Part shown: piece after piece, positions 10,656 through 20,118 of the stretch
Layout: each line of letters begins with the position of its first letter
Position numbering within the stretch: position 1 is the stretch's first letter
DNA from: Cyanobacteriota bacterium
GTDB taxonomy: Bacteria; Cyanobacteriota; Cyanobacteriia; PCC-6307; Cyanobiaceae
Assembly: GCA_035286045.1 (NCBI GenBank)
Contig: JAYKIG010000038.1
Location: 11,810 to 75,809 of the forward strand
Direction of reading: 5' to 3'
DNA length: 64,000 nucleotides
Translations under genes and position numbers: made by a program
The notes under the pieces: generated by a model
Databases searched by the model: none
The model's input: only the letters and a program-made list of their open reading frames with translations
What the model was told of the DNA's origin: nothing

Positions 10656-11801
10656 ATGGGATTCCGCAACTGGATGGGCCGCCTTGGCAATGCCCAGGCC
10701 CTTGACCTCAGCAGTGATCTGGAGAGGGGATACGAGGCAGCCCTGCTTATTCAAAGCATCGAACTGGAGTACTACCAGGATCGGCCCGTCAGGCCTGAAT
10801 TGGAGCTCCGTATCCCCAAAGCCATGCAGGCCCAGGTATTGCGAAGGTTTCGAGCGGCCTTGCAGGTGTGCCAGCAATGTGTGGAGAAGATCAAGCCCTA
10901 TCGGCAGGAATTGAGCGGACAGGAACTGCGCCAATTGCAATTGATCGAATCAGTGACAGCCCGTTATGCGGGAACCCGGGAACAGCTCCCCAGCTTGAGT
11001 CGAAGTCCTGAAATCCTGCCTCGCAGCCTGCTCGGCGTGGTGGATCAGGTGCGGCAGCGGCTCGATCCCGAAGCAGAAGCCAGTGTTGTGGCTGGTTTTC
11101 GCAGACGGCGGGATTCCACACTGGTGGCCTTGCGCATTCTGCTGCTGATGATCCTGGTGCCCATCCTGGTGCAACAGATCAGCCGCACCTACATTGTTTC
11201 TCCGCTGGTGGATCGCTTCTCCCCAGACACCCCATTCCTCAGTTATCCCAAACCCAAACTTGAGGAGAAGGCCGTTGAAAAGCTGCGCGTGTTTCAGGCG
11301 GAGATCGAATTTGATCACCTTCTCCACAACGAACCCCTGCCCAGCAGAGAGGAACTGCAGAAACAACTACAAACGCGGGCTCAGGAATTAAAGGAAGAAG
11401 CGGATAAGGAGAGCACGGAAGCCGTCAAGAATGTCTTCGCAGATGTTTTTGGACTGATGGGCTTTGTGGCCGTGTGCCTCTTAGGGCAACGGGATATTCA
11501 AGTGCTAAGGGGATTCATCGATGAGTTGGTTTATGGCCTGAGCGACAGTGCAAAGGCCTTTGCCATCATTCTGTTTACAGACATTTTTGTTGGCTTCCAC
11601 AGCCCGGAAGGATGGACTGTTCTTCTAGATGGTGTAGCCCATCACTTCGGTTTACCAGCCCGTGAAAACTTCATCCTTCTTTTCATTGCCACCTTCCCTG
11701 TCGTCCTTGCCACAATCTTCAAATACTGGATCTTCCGCTACCTAAACCGGGTCTCCCCATCCTCCGTGGCCACCTTGCGCAACATGCAGGGAGGCGGCTA
11801 G
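10656..11801 (+). CDS. pxcA: proton extrusion protein PxcA/PcxA (CemA family)
   Basis: LERGYEAALLIQSIE; GLSDSAKAFAIILFTDIFVGFHSPEGW; FKYWIFRYLNRVSPS. Confidence 0.95.
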   Translation: MGFRNWMGRLGNAQALDLSSDLERGYEAALLIQSIELEYYQDRPVRPELELRIPKAMQAQVLRRFRAALQVCQQCVEKIKPYRQELSGQELRQLQLIESVTARYAGTREQLPSLSRSPEILPRSLLGVVDQVRQRLDPEAEASVVAGFRRRRDSTLVALRILLLMILVPILVQQISRTYIVSPLVDRFSPDTPFLSYPKPKLEEKAVEKLRVFQAEIEFDHLLHNEPLPSREELQKQLQTRAQELKEEADKESTEAVKNVFADVFGLMGFVAVCLLGQRDIQVLRGFIDELVYGLSDSAKAFAIILFTDIFVGFHSPEGWTVLLDGVAHHFGLPARENFILLFIATFPVVLATIFKYWIFRYLNRVSPSSVATLRNMQGGG

Positions 11802-11804
11802 GTC

Positions 11805-12365
11805 GTGTCTGTACCTCTACCGCCCATCACCCTGGTGAGTGGGCCTGCCGCCAGCGGGAAGAGCAGCTGGGCCGAACATCTGGCCCACAGGAGCGGCCAA
11901 CAGGTGGTGGTGTTGGCCACCGGGCCGGATCTTCCAGACGACCCCTCCTGGCAGCAGCGCGTGGAACGCCATCGCCAACGCCGTCCGTCTTCCTGGCGCA
12001 CCCTGGAAGTAGGTGGGGCCCTGAGCCCGGGTCTTCTGAGCCTGAGCCCGGATGAGTTAGGGCTTGTGGATTCCCTGGGGACCTGGGTCGCAGCCCACCT
12101 GGACCGGGATGGACCTGCCTGGCAGGAGCAGGTGGACACCCTGGTGCACACAATCCAACGCGTCCCCTCCCATCTGGTGCTGGTAAGTGAGGAAACGGGA
12201 TGGGGAGTGGTTCCCATGACCGCGGCAGGAGGTCGGTTCCGCGACCGCCTTGGCCAGCTCCAGCAACGGCTATCGCCCCTTTGCGAAGGGGCCTGGTTGG
12301 TGCTCCAGGGGCGGGCCGTCAACCTGGCTCACCTGGGTATGCCGGTGCCCCCCATTGTGTCGTGA
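11805..12365 (+). CDS. cobU: adenosylcobinamide kinase / cobinamide-phosphate guanylyltransferase
   Basis: GPAASGKSSWAE P-loop, RVERHRQRRP, LVDSLGTW, SEETGWGVVP...FRDRLG. Confidence 0.93.
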   Translation: MSVPLPPITLVSGPAASGKSSWAEHLAHRSGQQVVVLATGPDLPDDPSWQQRVERHRQRRPSSWRTLEVGGALSPGLLSLSPDELGLVDSLGTWVAAHLDRDGPAWQEQVDTLVHTIQRVPSHLVLVSEETGWGVVPMTAAGGRFRDRLGQLQQRLSPLCEGAWLVLQGRAVNLAHLGMPVPPIVS

Positions 12366-12898
12366 TGCCTCGCGTTGTTCTGTTCGAACCCCTGATCCCC
12401 CCGAACACGGGAAATGTGGCGCGAACCTGCGCAGCCACGGGTTGGGAACTCCATTTGATCGAGCCCCTGGGCTTCTCTCTCAGTGATCGTCACCTGCGGC
12501 GCGCCGGGCTGGATTACTGGCCCCTGGTGAACTTGGTCAGGCATCCGGATGTGCGCTCCTTTCTGGAGCAGCGGCATGAGCGGGGGGGCCGGCTGCTCGC
12601 CCTCAGCAGCCACGCCAACTCGTCCTACAGCGAGGTGGAATATCAGGAGGCGGATTGGCTGTTGTTCGGCAAGGAGACCGATGGCTTGAGCTCCGCCCTT
12701 CTGGAAGCCGCCGATCTGAGGCTCACGATTCCGATGCCGCGATCCCGTCAGGAGATCCCGGGCGGGGTCAGGAGCCTCAACCTCTCCGTCGCTGTAGGAG
12801 TGGTGGTGTTTGAGGCCCTCAGACAACTCAGCCTGATGGGCGAAGACATGGCCAGTCGCGACATGGGCCCTGCAACACTTGCGCCATCGGGGGACTGA
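12365..12898 (+). CDS. trmL: tRNA (cytidine34-2'-O)-methyltransferase
   Basis: VVLFEPLIPPNTGNVARTCAA, RRAGLDYW, LFGKETDGL, RSLNLSVAV. Confidence 0.95.
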   Translation: MPRVVLFEPLIPPNTGNVARTCAATGWELHLIEPLGFSLSDRHLRRAGLDYWPLVNLVRHPDVRSFLEQRHERGGRLLALSSHANSSYSEVEYQEADWLLFGKETDGLSSALLEAADLRLTIPMPRSRQEIPGGVRSLNLSVAVGVVVFEALRQLSLMGEDMASRDMGPATLAPSGD

Positions 12899-13018
12899 CG
12901 CTAAGGTCCGCGGGAATTTGTTTGACAGACAAAGGCTTTATTCCTTTGTTTCTAATCAGTGCATGAGTGGGGATTTCAACTCCCACTCTCGTGATCAACA
13001 TTCCCTTTCTCCTCTCAC

Positions 13019-13867
13019 ATGTTCTTTAACCGTCGTATTTTCACAGCCCTGCTCAGTACTTCGGTGGTTCTACCGCTCACTGCGGCGCTAGCCACCGATC
13101 TTCAATCATCCACCTCTGCCGACGATCTCTTGGCAGCCCTCAGGGATGTGGAACGTGTTCCTGCCCGATCCCTGCATCAACTGCCTCCCCCACCACCACC
13201 CCTTCTCCCCTCAGATTCCCCTGGCAGCACTCCGATGGGGATTGTTCGCTTTGGGGACACCCTCGACTCCATTGCCAATCGATATCAGCTTTCCGTTGAT
13301 CAGCTGGTCCAGTTGAACCCCCAACTTCGGACAGCGCCCCTCATTGTGGGTCGCCAGCTCAAGGTGACCACCGATTCCCGTTTGCGCGTCCACCAACTGA
13401 TCACTCTCAAACCCTCCACAAGCGGTGGTGTCAGCTGGCCTGACACGCCGGATTACGGCACCTCCCCCATTCAGCCCAGTGGATCCCAACGTTGGCTCAT
13501 GCCTGCCAGGGGCTTGTTGACATCCGGTTATGGCTGGCGCTGGGGCCGGATGCACAAGGGCATTGATGTTGCCAACAGCGTTGGGACTGCCATCGTGGCT
13601 GCCCAGCATGGTCGGGTCACTTTTGCTGGTTGGAGTGATGGTGGTTACGGCTATCTGGTGGAAATCAGCCATGGTGATGGCTCACGAAGCCTGTACGCCC
13701 ACCAGAGCCGCATCCTAGTGCGGGTGGGTGAGGAGGTACTCCAGGGTCAGCAGATCGGAGAGATGGGCAGCACGGGCAGGAGCACGGGTCCCCACCTGCA
13801 TTTTGAAATCCATGCACCGGGTTACGGAGCCATCAATCCTATGGATGTTCTTCAGCAACCTGCCTGA
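13019..13867 (+). CDS. LysM + M23 family peptidoglycan endopeptidase
   Basis: Signal peptide, LysM (GDTLDSIANRYQLSVDQLVQLNP), HKGID, YAH and STGPHLHFE M23 motifs. Confidence 0.92.
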   Translation: MFFNRRIFTALLSTSVVLPLTAALATDLQSSTSADDLLAALRDVERVPARSLHQLPPPPPPLLPSDSPGSTPMGIVRFGDTLDSIANRYQLSVDQLVQLNPQLRTAPLIVGRQLKVTTDSRLRVHQLITLKPSTSGGVSWPDTPDYGTSPIQPSGSQRWLMPARGLLTSGYGWRWGRMHKGIDVANSVGTAIVAAQHGRVTFAGWSDGGYGYLVEISHGDGSRSLYAHQSRILVRVGEEVLQGQQIGEMGSTGRSTGPHLHFEIHAPGYGAINPMDVLQQPA

Positions 13868-13905
13868 ACGACCTGAGCGCCGATGTCTTACAGTTTTCCG
13901 TATCA

Positions 13906-13979
13906 GGCTCGGTAGCTCAGCTGGTTAGAGCGTGGGATTCATAACCCCAAGGTCGGGAGTTCAAGTCTCCCCCGAGCCA
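13906..13979 (+). tRNA. tRNA-Met(CAT), elongator type; CCA not encoded
   Basis: GGCTCGG/CCGAGCC acceptor stem, TAGCTCAGCTGGTTAGAGC D-arm, TT-CAT-AA anticodon loop, GTTCAAGTC T-loop; the G1-C72 pair argues against initiator. Confidence 0.93.
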
Positions 13980-13993
13980 TCCTGTTTTTTCCG

Positions 13994-14314
13994 TCAACGC
14001 ATATCCACGGCTTTCAATCTGTCGCGAAAGCTCGAGGGGTCTCCGGCCATGCCCTCCTGACTCGGGAGGCTCAGTGGCAGGGATGGGCCGCTCGAGCCGC
14101 TTCTCTGGTTTCGACCCGATCCGCCTGAGCCTCCCCCATGGCGGACCTCAACGGGAACCCGATAGTTCGAACCCCGCCGGCCCATGTTCACGTTGAGCTC
14201 CCCATCCTGATTGCGAGACAATGGACTGCTCTTCAGTTCGCTGCGGACCTGATTCAGGAGCCGGAAGTGATTAGTTGTGCTGTATTTGCGCAGCACGGTG
14301 GGATCCCAGGACAT
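13994..14314 (-). CDS. conserved picocyanobacterial hypothetical protein
   Basis: [28 protein letters not shown] recognised as a recurring picocyanobacterial N-terminus; fills the gap between the tRNA and prx. Confidence 0.75.
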   Translation of the reverse strand: MSWDPTVLRKYSTTNHFRLLNQVRSELKSSPLSRNQDGELNVNMGRRGSNYRVPVEVRHGGGSGGSGRNQRSGSSGPSLPLSLPSQEGMAGDPSSFRDRLKAVDMR

Positions 14315-14559
14315 GTCTGAACGACGTCTTCGACGCTCCCAGCCTAGGGTTCAGGGTTCAGGTCCTTACCGCCCAGCCCCCAAGGACACAAGATCCTGCA
14401 AAGATCCGTGATAAGTTAGGTGGGTCAAATGCAAGTCGATCCGACTTCGCCTTAGCTTCATCGAAGCAGGAGCGTCTTCTGATCTGCCTCGGGAATGGGA
14501 AGGCGTTTTCCCCAACGTTGTCCCAGCCCTACGACTCATCCCTTCTCACTGCCATACCC

Positions 14560-15150
14560 ATGTCCAGGCTTGTTGGTTTGCCTGCCCCAGACTTCACCGC
14601 TACCGCCGTGGTGGACCAGGAATTCAAGGAAGTCACCCTGTCGCACTACCGCGGCAAATATGTGGTGCTCTTCTTCTACCCCCTCGATTTCACCTTCGTC
14701 TGCCCCACGGAAATCACTGCGTTCAGCGACCGCTACGGTGATTTCTCCGGTCGCAACACCGAAGTTCTCGGGGTTTCGGTGGATAGCCAGTTCAGCCATC
14801 TGGCCTGGGTACAAACCGATCGCAAGGCTGGAGGCCTGGGAGATATCGCCTACCCCCTCGTAGCCGACCTCAAGAAGGAGATCGCCAGGGCCTACGGCGT
14901 TCTCGACGAAGATGCGGGCATTGCCCTCCGAGGGCTGTTCATCATCGACCCTGACGGTGTGATCATGCACAGCACGATCAACAATCTTCCTGTGGGTCGC
15001 AGCGTGGATGAAACCCTGCGCGTCCTGCAGGCCTTCCAATACGTGCAGTCCCATCCCGATGAGGTCTGCCCGGCCAACTGGACCCCTGGCGACAAGACCA
15101 TGAATCCCGACCCCGTGAAGAGCAAGGATTTCTTTGCCGCCATCGGCTGA
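14560..15150 (+). CDS. 2-Cys peroxiredoxin (AhpC/Prx1)
   Basis: [18 protein letters not shown] and EVCPANW motifs. Confidence 0.97.
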   Translation: MSRLVGLPAPDFTATAVVDQEFKEVTLSHYRGKYVVLFFYPLDFTFVCPTEITAFSDRYGDFSGRNTEVLGVSVDSQFSHLAWVQTDRKAGGLGDIAYPLVADLKKEIARAYGVLDEDAGIALRGLFIIDPDGVIMHSTINNLPVGRSVDETLRVLQAFQYVQSHPDEVCPANWTPGDKTMNPDPVKSKDFFAAIG

Positions 15151-15175
15151 TCCGAGGCCTACCCGCCGAGTTCCT

Positions 15176-15196
15176 GGGGCCTTCGGGCCCCTTTTT
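15176..15196 (+). terminator. intrinsic terminator after peroxiredoxin
   Basis: GGGGCC-TTCG-GGCCCC followed by TTTTT. Confidence 0.85.
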
Positions 15197-15223
15197 CATG
15201 GCTGGCCCCCATAGCTCAGTCTG

Positions 15224-15874
15224 CTAACCGATCGAAGCCAGGAGGCTTCGGCCATCCAACCCACCCAGAACCGGATCGCAGGCCCGCTCGGGATGGGGCA
15301 TCAGGCCAAGCACATTCCCCTGTTCGTTGGTCAGACCCGCCACATCCCCCATCGAGCCGTTGGGATTGTGGCGATAACGCAGCACCACCTGTCCACGCTC
15401 CTGCAGGCCCTTCAGAGTGGATTCCTCCACCTGGAAGCGTCCTTCTCCATGGGCGATGGGCAGCTGGATGGACTCCCTGGGGTCGTAGCCCTGGAGCCAG
15501 ACGCAGTTCCCCGGACGCACATCCAGGTGCGTCGGTTCACAACGGAAATGGAGCTCCCGGTTACGGGTCAAGGCCCCGGGGAGGAGCCCCATCTCCGTGA
15601 GCACCTGGAAGCCATTGCAGATTCCCAGGACGGGACCCCCTCCTTGGGCGAATCCGTAAACCTCCTCCAGGATGGGGGCAAAGCGTGCCAGGGCTCCACA
15701 GCGGAGATAATCGCCATAGCTGAATCCCCCAGGGAGTATCACAGCATCCAGACCGCTCAGATCCCGCTCCTCATGCCAGAGCAAGCGGGTGGGTCGTCCC
15801 AGACAACCCTCCAGCGCCCAGCTCACATCCCTGTCGCAGTTGGAGCCAGGAAACACCACGATGCCAATGGTCAT
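15224..15874 (-). CDS. purQ: phosphoribosylformylglycinamidine synthase subunit PurQ
   Basis: [39 protein letters not shown]. Confidence 0.97.
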   Translation of the reverse strand: MTIGIVVFPGSNCDRDVSWALEGCLGRPTRLLWHEERDLSGLDAVILPGGFSYGDYLRCGALARFAPILEEVYGFAQGGGPVLGICNGFQVLTEMGLLPGALTRNRELHFRCEPTHLDVRPGNCVWLQGYDPRESIQLPIAHGEGRFQVEESTLKGLQERGQVVLRYRHNPNGSMGDVAGLTNEQGNVLGLMPHPERACDPVLGGLDGRSLLASIG

Positions 15875-15880
15875 GGCTGC

Positions 15881-16138
15881 TCAGAGGGCCTCCACACCGT
15901 CAATGGTCCAATCTTCAATCACAGGATTGGCCAGCAGGCGATCGCTCAGCAGCTCCAAGTGTTCGATCGCGGTGGTGAGATCCGGTGCTTCCAGCTCCAC
16001 CTCGATGGCCTTGCCGATCCGGAGACGCTGGATGCCCGTCACCCCCAGTCGGTTTGCGGCAGACCGGGTGGCCTCCCCGGCAGGATCGAGCACAGAAGGC
16101 CGTAGGGACACCTGGACGCGGGCACGAAAAAGGGGCAC
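15881..16138 (-). CDS. purS: phosphoribosylformylglycinamidine synthase subunit PurS
   Basis: GTG start; VSLRPSVLDPAGEA...RIGKAIE...LLANPVIE. Confidence 0.95.
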   Translation of the reverse strand: MPLFRARVQVSLRPSVLDPAGEATRSAANRLGVTGIQRLRIGKAIEVELEAPDLTTAIEHLELLSDRLLANPVIEDWTIDGVEAL

Positions 16139-16172
16139 CAGCTGGAAGGCAACGCACCAATCCTGGCAGCCC

Positions 16173-16517
16173 ATGGGACAGGGCCCCAGGATTGGCCTCT
16201 GGCTTCTGGGTTTGGGGGCTCTGATCCATTCTCTGGGCGCTCCTCCATCGATCTGGGCCCAAAGCCTGCATCCCATATCCCTGGAGTGCAGGATCGCCGC
16301 AGGGCCCTGGCAGAGCTGCAAGATGGAGGTGATCGAGCTGGGACGCCACTGGTTTCTACAGATTGGCGCGGAACGGTTTGAATTCACCCACGACGGCTCG
16401 GGGCGAGTGCAACTGGGACAAAACGGGGTCTGGACGGAAGTGTCGCCCCGGTGGTCAGAGGAGAAGAGCTTGTGCTGGGGCCCGGTGTGCGCCAGGGGCG
16501 AGATCCCACTGGACTAA
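16173..16517 (+). CDS. secreted hypothetical protein, Cys/Trp-rich
   Basis: Signal-like MGQGPRIGLWLLGLGAL; CRIAAGPWQSC ... LCWGPVCARGEIPLD. Confidence 0.65.
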   Translation: MGQGPRIGLWLLGLGALIHSLGAPPSIWAQSLHPISLECRIAAGPWQSCKMEVIELGRHWFLQIGAERFEFTHDGSGRVQLGQNGVWTEVSPRWSEEKSLCWGPVCARGEIPLD

Positions 16518-17593
16518 CCGGACAGACCCAGCTCAGGCCAGAGCTGCTCCGCTGCTGCCAGCATCTGGGCACGCTGCGGCGCAGGCACCAGCGCCACGAG
16601 CTCCAGGGTGGGGACCTGGGGATCCGTGCTTCCCACTCCCTCATACCAACACTCCAGGCGAGGCCCCACTGCCTGAATCTGGAGAGGGAGACGCTTGCCC
16701 GCCTCCTGAAACCGACCCTTGAGGCGAAGAATCGGCTGCTGCCGGAGGAGATCTCGCAGCGTCTGCTCCAGCTCCGCACGCGCGATGGCTCCCCGGCGTC
16801 GGATCACGATCGCATCCATCGCCACGTGGGCATGGTCGTGGTCGTGGTCGTCGCCACCTTCCTGGTCAGTGGCCCGCCCTGGCGGCCCAGGCTCGTCAAG
16901 GGCTGTTCCAAGGAGAACCTCTGCCGGCAGGGCGCCCCTCACCATCGGAAGCACGGGAATTCCCGGCCGCACCTTGACCCGCAACGCTTCCATCACCGAT
17001 TTCATGGCCTCTGAGGCCACGCAGTCGGCCCGGCTCACCGCAACCAGATCTGCCACCTCCAATTGCTCGTCGAAGAGTTCCTCCAGGGCGGAGAGATGCT
17101 CCAGGCTGGGATCGGCCTGCCGTTGGCTATCCACCGCTGCCGCGTCTCCCACCACATGCCCTGCGGAGAGGGCCTCCCCGTCCACCACGGTGACCACGGC
17201 ATGCACACGGGTGCGTGTGCGTACCTGGGGCCACTGGAACGCGGCCACAAGGGGTTCCGGAAGGGCCAGGCCGCTGGTTTCCACCACCAGTCCATCCAAC
17301 CGATCCACCCTTTCCAGCAAGCGTTCCATCGTGGGCAGGAACTCATCCTGCACCGTGCAGCAGAGACAGCCATTGGTGAGCTCCACCAGGCGTCCCGCCA
17401 GCTCATCCTCGGGGCAGAACCCACAGTTGGCCAGGAGTTTCCCATCGATGCCCACATCGCCGAATTCATTGACGATGACGGCGAGGCGCTTGCCGCTGTT
17501 CAGGAGAAGATGGCGGAGGAGGGTTGTTTTACCGGCGCCTAGAAAACCCGTCACCACGGTGACCGGAAGCCGTGATGACGTTTGGAGCGCCAT
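16514..17593 (-). CDS. cobW: cobalamin biosynthesis G3E GTPase CobW
   Basis: TGFLGAGKTT, IVNEFG, NGCLCC, ETSGLALP, His-rich DHDHDHAH. Confidence 0.93.
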   Translation of the reverse strand: MALQTSSRLPVTVVTGFLGAGKTTLLRHLLLNSGKRLAVIVNEFGDVGIDGKLLANCGFCPEDELAGRLVELTNGCLCCTVQDEFLPTMERLLERVDRLDGLVVETSGLALPEPLVAAFQWPQVRTRTRVHAVVTVVDGEALSAGHVVGDAAAVDSQRQADPSLEHLSALEELFDEQLEVADLVAVSRADCVASEAMKSVMEALRVKVRPGIPVLPMVRGALPAEVLLGTALDEPGPPGRATDQEGGDDHDHDHAHVAMDAIVIRRRGAIARAELEQTLRDLLRQQPILRLKGRFQEAGKRLPLQIQAVGPRLECWYEGVGSTDPQVPTLELVALVPAPQRAQMLAAAEQLWPELGLSG

Positions 17594-17594
17594 T

Positions 17595-18227
17595 TCAGGC
17601 CACGAGAGCGGAGAGGGTCCAGGCGCTTCCGCAACCGATCAGCACCCCACACATCAGGGCCCTTTGCTGGGTGGTAAGCCCATCCACCAGGGATCTCAGC
17701 AAGGTGAGGGCCACCAGAAGGAGGGCACCCTGGCTCAGGAGCAATCCCAATCCGTAGAACGCCAAGGGGGCCTGGCTCCATCCCAGAACGGTGTGGCTCA
17801 GCACATAGCCATGGAGGGCAATAGCTGGCAGGAGAAGGCCCTTGGGCCACTGCTTCAGCCACACCATCGACACCACCACAAGACTGAAGGCCACAGCGGC
17901 TTCGGCAAAGGGGAGACCCGGCAGCAGCAAGCCCATCCCACTGCCCAGCAAACCTGTGACCAGCAACGCGAGCATCCACAGGGCCCGGTGGCGCAAGCCC
18001 AGCAGCGAGAGGGAGCAGAGAAACAACAGATGGTCCGGCCCCAGGACCGGATGGGCAAGGCCACTGAGCAGCCCTGTTGCTGGGGAGGGGGGCAGGTGGG
18101 TCAGGTCCATCAGATGGTGGGCCTCCGCAGGATGGCCACCGACCCCAAGGACCACGAGCCCAAGGACCAGGAAGGAAAGAAGGAGCCAGGGCCGGGAGCG
18201 ATCAGCCTTGGGCAGGGGAAGAGTCAT
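17595..18227 (-). CDS. hupE: HupE/UreJ family Co/Ni transporter
   Basis: AEAHH, GLAHPVLGPDHLLF, LHGY, multiple TM helices; preceded by a B12 riboswitch. Confidence 0.9.
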   Translation of the reverse strand: MTLPLPKADRSRPWLLLSFLVLGLVVLGVGGHPAEAHHLMDLTHLPPSPATGLLSGLAHPVLGPDHLLFLCSLSLLGLRHRALWMLALLVTGLLGSGMGLLLPGLPFAEAAVAFSLVVVSMVWLKQWPKGLLLPAIALHGYVLSHTVLGWSQAPLAFYGLGLLLSQGALLLVALTLLRSLVDGLTTQQRALMCGVLIGCGSAWTLSALVA

Positions 18228-18268
18228 TAGGGATACTGCCGGTCCTCGCCGGGCTTGAGGGGGGTGGA

Positions 18269-18397
18269 CATCGGCGGGCGTTCTGGCTGGATCGCGGATG
18301 CGATCTTCACAGCTGCGGGACAGCGCCGGACTCCAGAAACTCTGTGCACCGGACTTTCCCCCTTACCTCCGTGGACTGATCCTCCGCGGAACCGATG
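18269..18397 (-). ncRNA. cobalamin riboswitch
   Basis: Minus strand CATCGG..GGGGAAAGTCCGGTGCA..TCCGGCGCTGTCCCGCAGCTGTGA..AGCCAGAACGCCCGCCGATG: B12 box plus P1 CATCGG/CCGATG, directly upstream of hupE-cobW. Confidence 0.92.
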
Positions 18398-18433
18398 ACC
18401 AGCAATCTACTGATGCATGCAGAGCAGCACACC

Positions 18434-18946
18434 TCAGTCGCATTCCAGGCTGTCCTTGGTGCCTACTCCGGTCTGGGGATGAACCCCCTCCGCCCTGGCG
18501 CAGAGGGCTCGACGCTGGGCCCGATCGAGAACGGCACCGCTGAAATCCGCATTGGCTATATCGGCATCGGTAAAGCGGCTCTGCATCAACATGGCATTGC
18601 GCAACAGGGCCCCACGCAGATCAGCCTTGTCCAGTCGGGTGGCGAAAACAACGGCGTCCTGGAGATCCACGCTCCGCAGATCGGCCCCCTGAAGATTGCT
18701 GCCGTTGAAGACAGCGCCCCGAAGATCCGCACCATGAAAATCCACACCCTCCAGGTCGGATTTGAGAAATTCCTGCTGCTGCAGGTTGCGACCATGCATA
18801 TCCGCCTCAATCTGCTGGAGGGCCCGCTGCCCCCTCAACTCAGGGGCCGTGATGGCCAGGGATGAAGGGGGAAACAGAAGGGCAACCCCCAGGAGCACAA
18901 GCAAAGCCCCCCTGCTGATCCAGGCATGGATGGGGGCGAACATCAT
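18434..18946 (-). CDS. secreted/lumenal pentapeptide repeat protein
   Basis: Signal peptide then A(D/N)LxG repeats (ADLRGA, ADLRSV, ADFSGA) and C-terminal LC..A.G..P.TG..T..SL.C; start uncertain. Confidence 0.9.
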   Translation of the reverse strand: MMFAPIHAWISRGALLVLLGVALLFPPSSLAITAPELRGQRALQQIEADMHGRNLQQQEFLKSDLEGVDFHGADLRGAVFNGSNLQGADLRSVDLQDAVVFATRLDKADLRGALLRNAMLMQSRFTDADIANADFSGAVLDRAQRRALCARAEGVHPQTGVGTKDSLECD

Positions 18947-19006
18947 GAGGATGGCCGATCGAGGCATGGCTGCAGTCCTACGCTTCAGGGTCAAGTTATG
19001 GCAGCC

Positions 19007-19687
19007 ATGGCCCTGTCGTTGCGGGTGGTGGTCCCCCCCCATCCCCTGATCGCCCACTGGCTCACCCTTCTGCGGGATCGCTCCACCCCCTCCCCCCTCT
19101 TCGGCACAGCCATGGGGGAACTGGGGCGATGGCTCACTTATGAAGCACTCAGAGACTGGCTTCCCCATTGCTCCGTCCAGGTGGAGACACCGCTGGGCAC
19201 GACGGAGGGAACGGTGATTGATCCCACCATCCCTCTGCTGGCCGTTCCCGTGCTTCGCGGAGGCCTGGGACTCTGGCAAGGGGCCCAGGGGGTGGTGCCC
19301 TCCGCACGGGTGTGTCATGTGGGCATCGATGCCCCTCCGGGGCAGCCTGCCCATTGGTATCTCGATGACCTGCCTGCGTTGATCGACCAACGGGTGGGGG
19401 TCCTGGTTTGGCTTCCCCAGCTGGCGTCCGGACGCACCTTGCTGGCTCTGCTGGAGCGGCTACGCCAATCGGGAGTGGAAGGGCCGCGGCTGAGGGTGAT
19501 CTCCTCTCTGGCCTCCTCCCCTGGCCTGAAGGCTGTTGGGGAAGCCACTGATTCGCTCACGATCTACTGCGCCTGTATCGATCCGGAACTCAACGACCAG
19601 GGGCAGATCCTTCCAGGATTTGGCGATCCCGTTCAAAGGTTGTACGGAACAGACGTGATCAGGGCAGACATCGGACCTCGCACCTAG
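19007..19687 (+). CDS. upp: uracil phosphoribosyltransferase-like protein
   Basis: LRVVVPPHPLIAHWLTLLRD, ELGRWLTYEA, VPVLRGG, ILPGFGD...RLYG. Confidence 0.85.
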   Translation: MALSLRVVVPPHPLIAHWLTLLRDRSTPSPLFGTAMGELGRWLTYEALRDWLPHCSVQVETPLGTTEGTVIDPTIPLLAVPVLRGGLGLWQGAQGVVPSARVCHVGIDAPPGQPAHWYLDDLPALIDQRVGVLVWLPQLASGRTLLALLERLRQSGVEGPRLRVISSLASSPGLKAVGEATDSLTIYCACIDPELNDQGQILPGFGDPVQRLYGTDVIRADIGPRT

Positions 19688-19707
19688 GGTGAGGAAATAC
19701 CCTGCCC

Positions 19708-20031
19708 ATGGCCGACTCCATGCCAGAACCCCAGCGCCCCTCCGCTGCTTCGGCTGGAGCCCCGATTCTCACCAGCACCCTTCTCGGGGCCTTGGCAGGA
19801 GCCGGGGGGCTGGCCTGGTGGTTGTGGCGCCAGAGCCAACGCAGAAAACTCGCCGAGCGGGAACGGCGTCTGCTTCGTCTTTCTCGCTTCCAGGGTGGAG
19901 TGGCGACGGAAGAGCCGGGCCTCTTGGAAGACACCGGCAAAGCGGATGCGTTGCCGGTGCGGGTGCAACAACTCAACCAGGCGATTGAGGAGGTGAGGCG
20001 ACAGCTGGAAGCGCTGGAAGCCCAGTCCTGA
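19708..20031 (+). CDS. single-TM coiled-coil hypothetical protein
   Basis: TM LLGALAGAGGLAWWLW and C-terminal RVQQLNQAIEEVRRQLE; sits between upp and ilvD. Confidence 0.7.
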   Translation: MADSMPEPQRPSAASAGAPILTSTLLGALAGAGGLAWWLWRQSQRRKLAERERRLLRLSRFQGGVATEEPGLLEDTGKADALPVRVQQLNQAIEEVRRQLEALEAQS

Positions 20032-20118
20032 GAATGGTTTCAAGGACGATGGACGGTGAAGAACCGTCAAGTCATCGGCAATGCACGCAGTAGGGTCGAA
20101 AGCATTGGTCGAGCCAAC

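Noticed and set aside
13906-14314. tRNA-Met as a possible island integration site
   Set aside because: No integrase, no duplicated tRNA 3' end seen, and the flanks are core genes.
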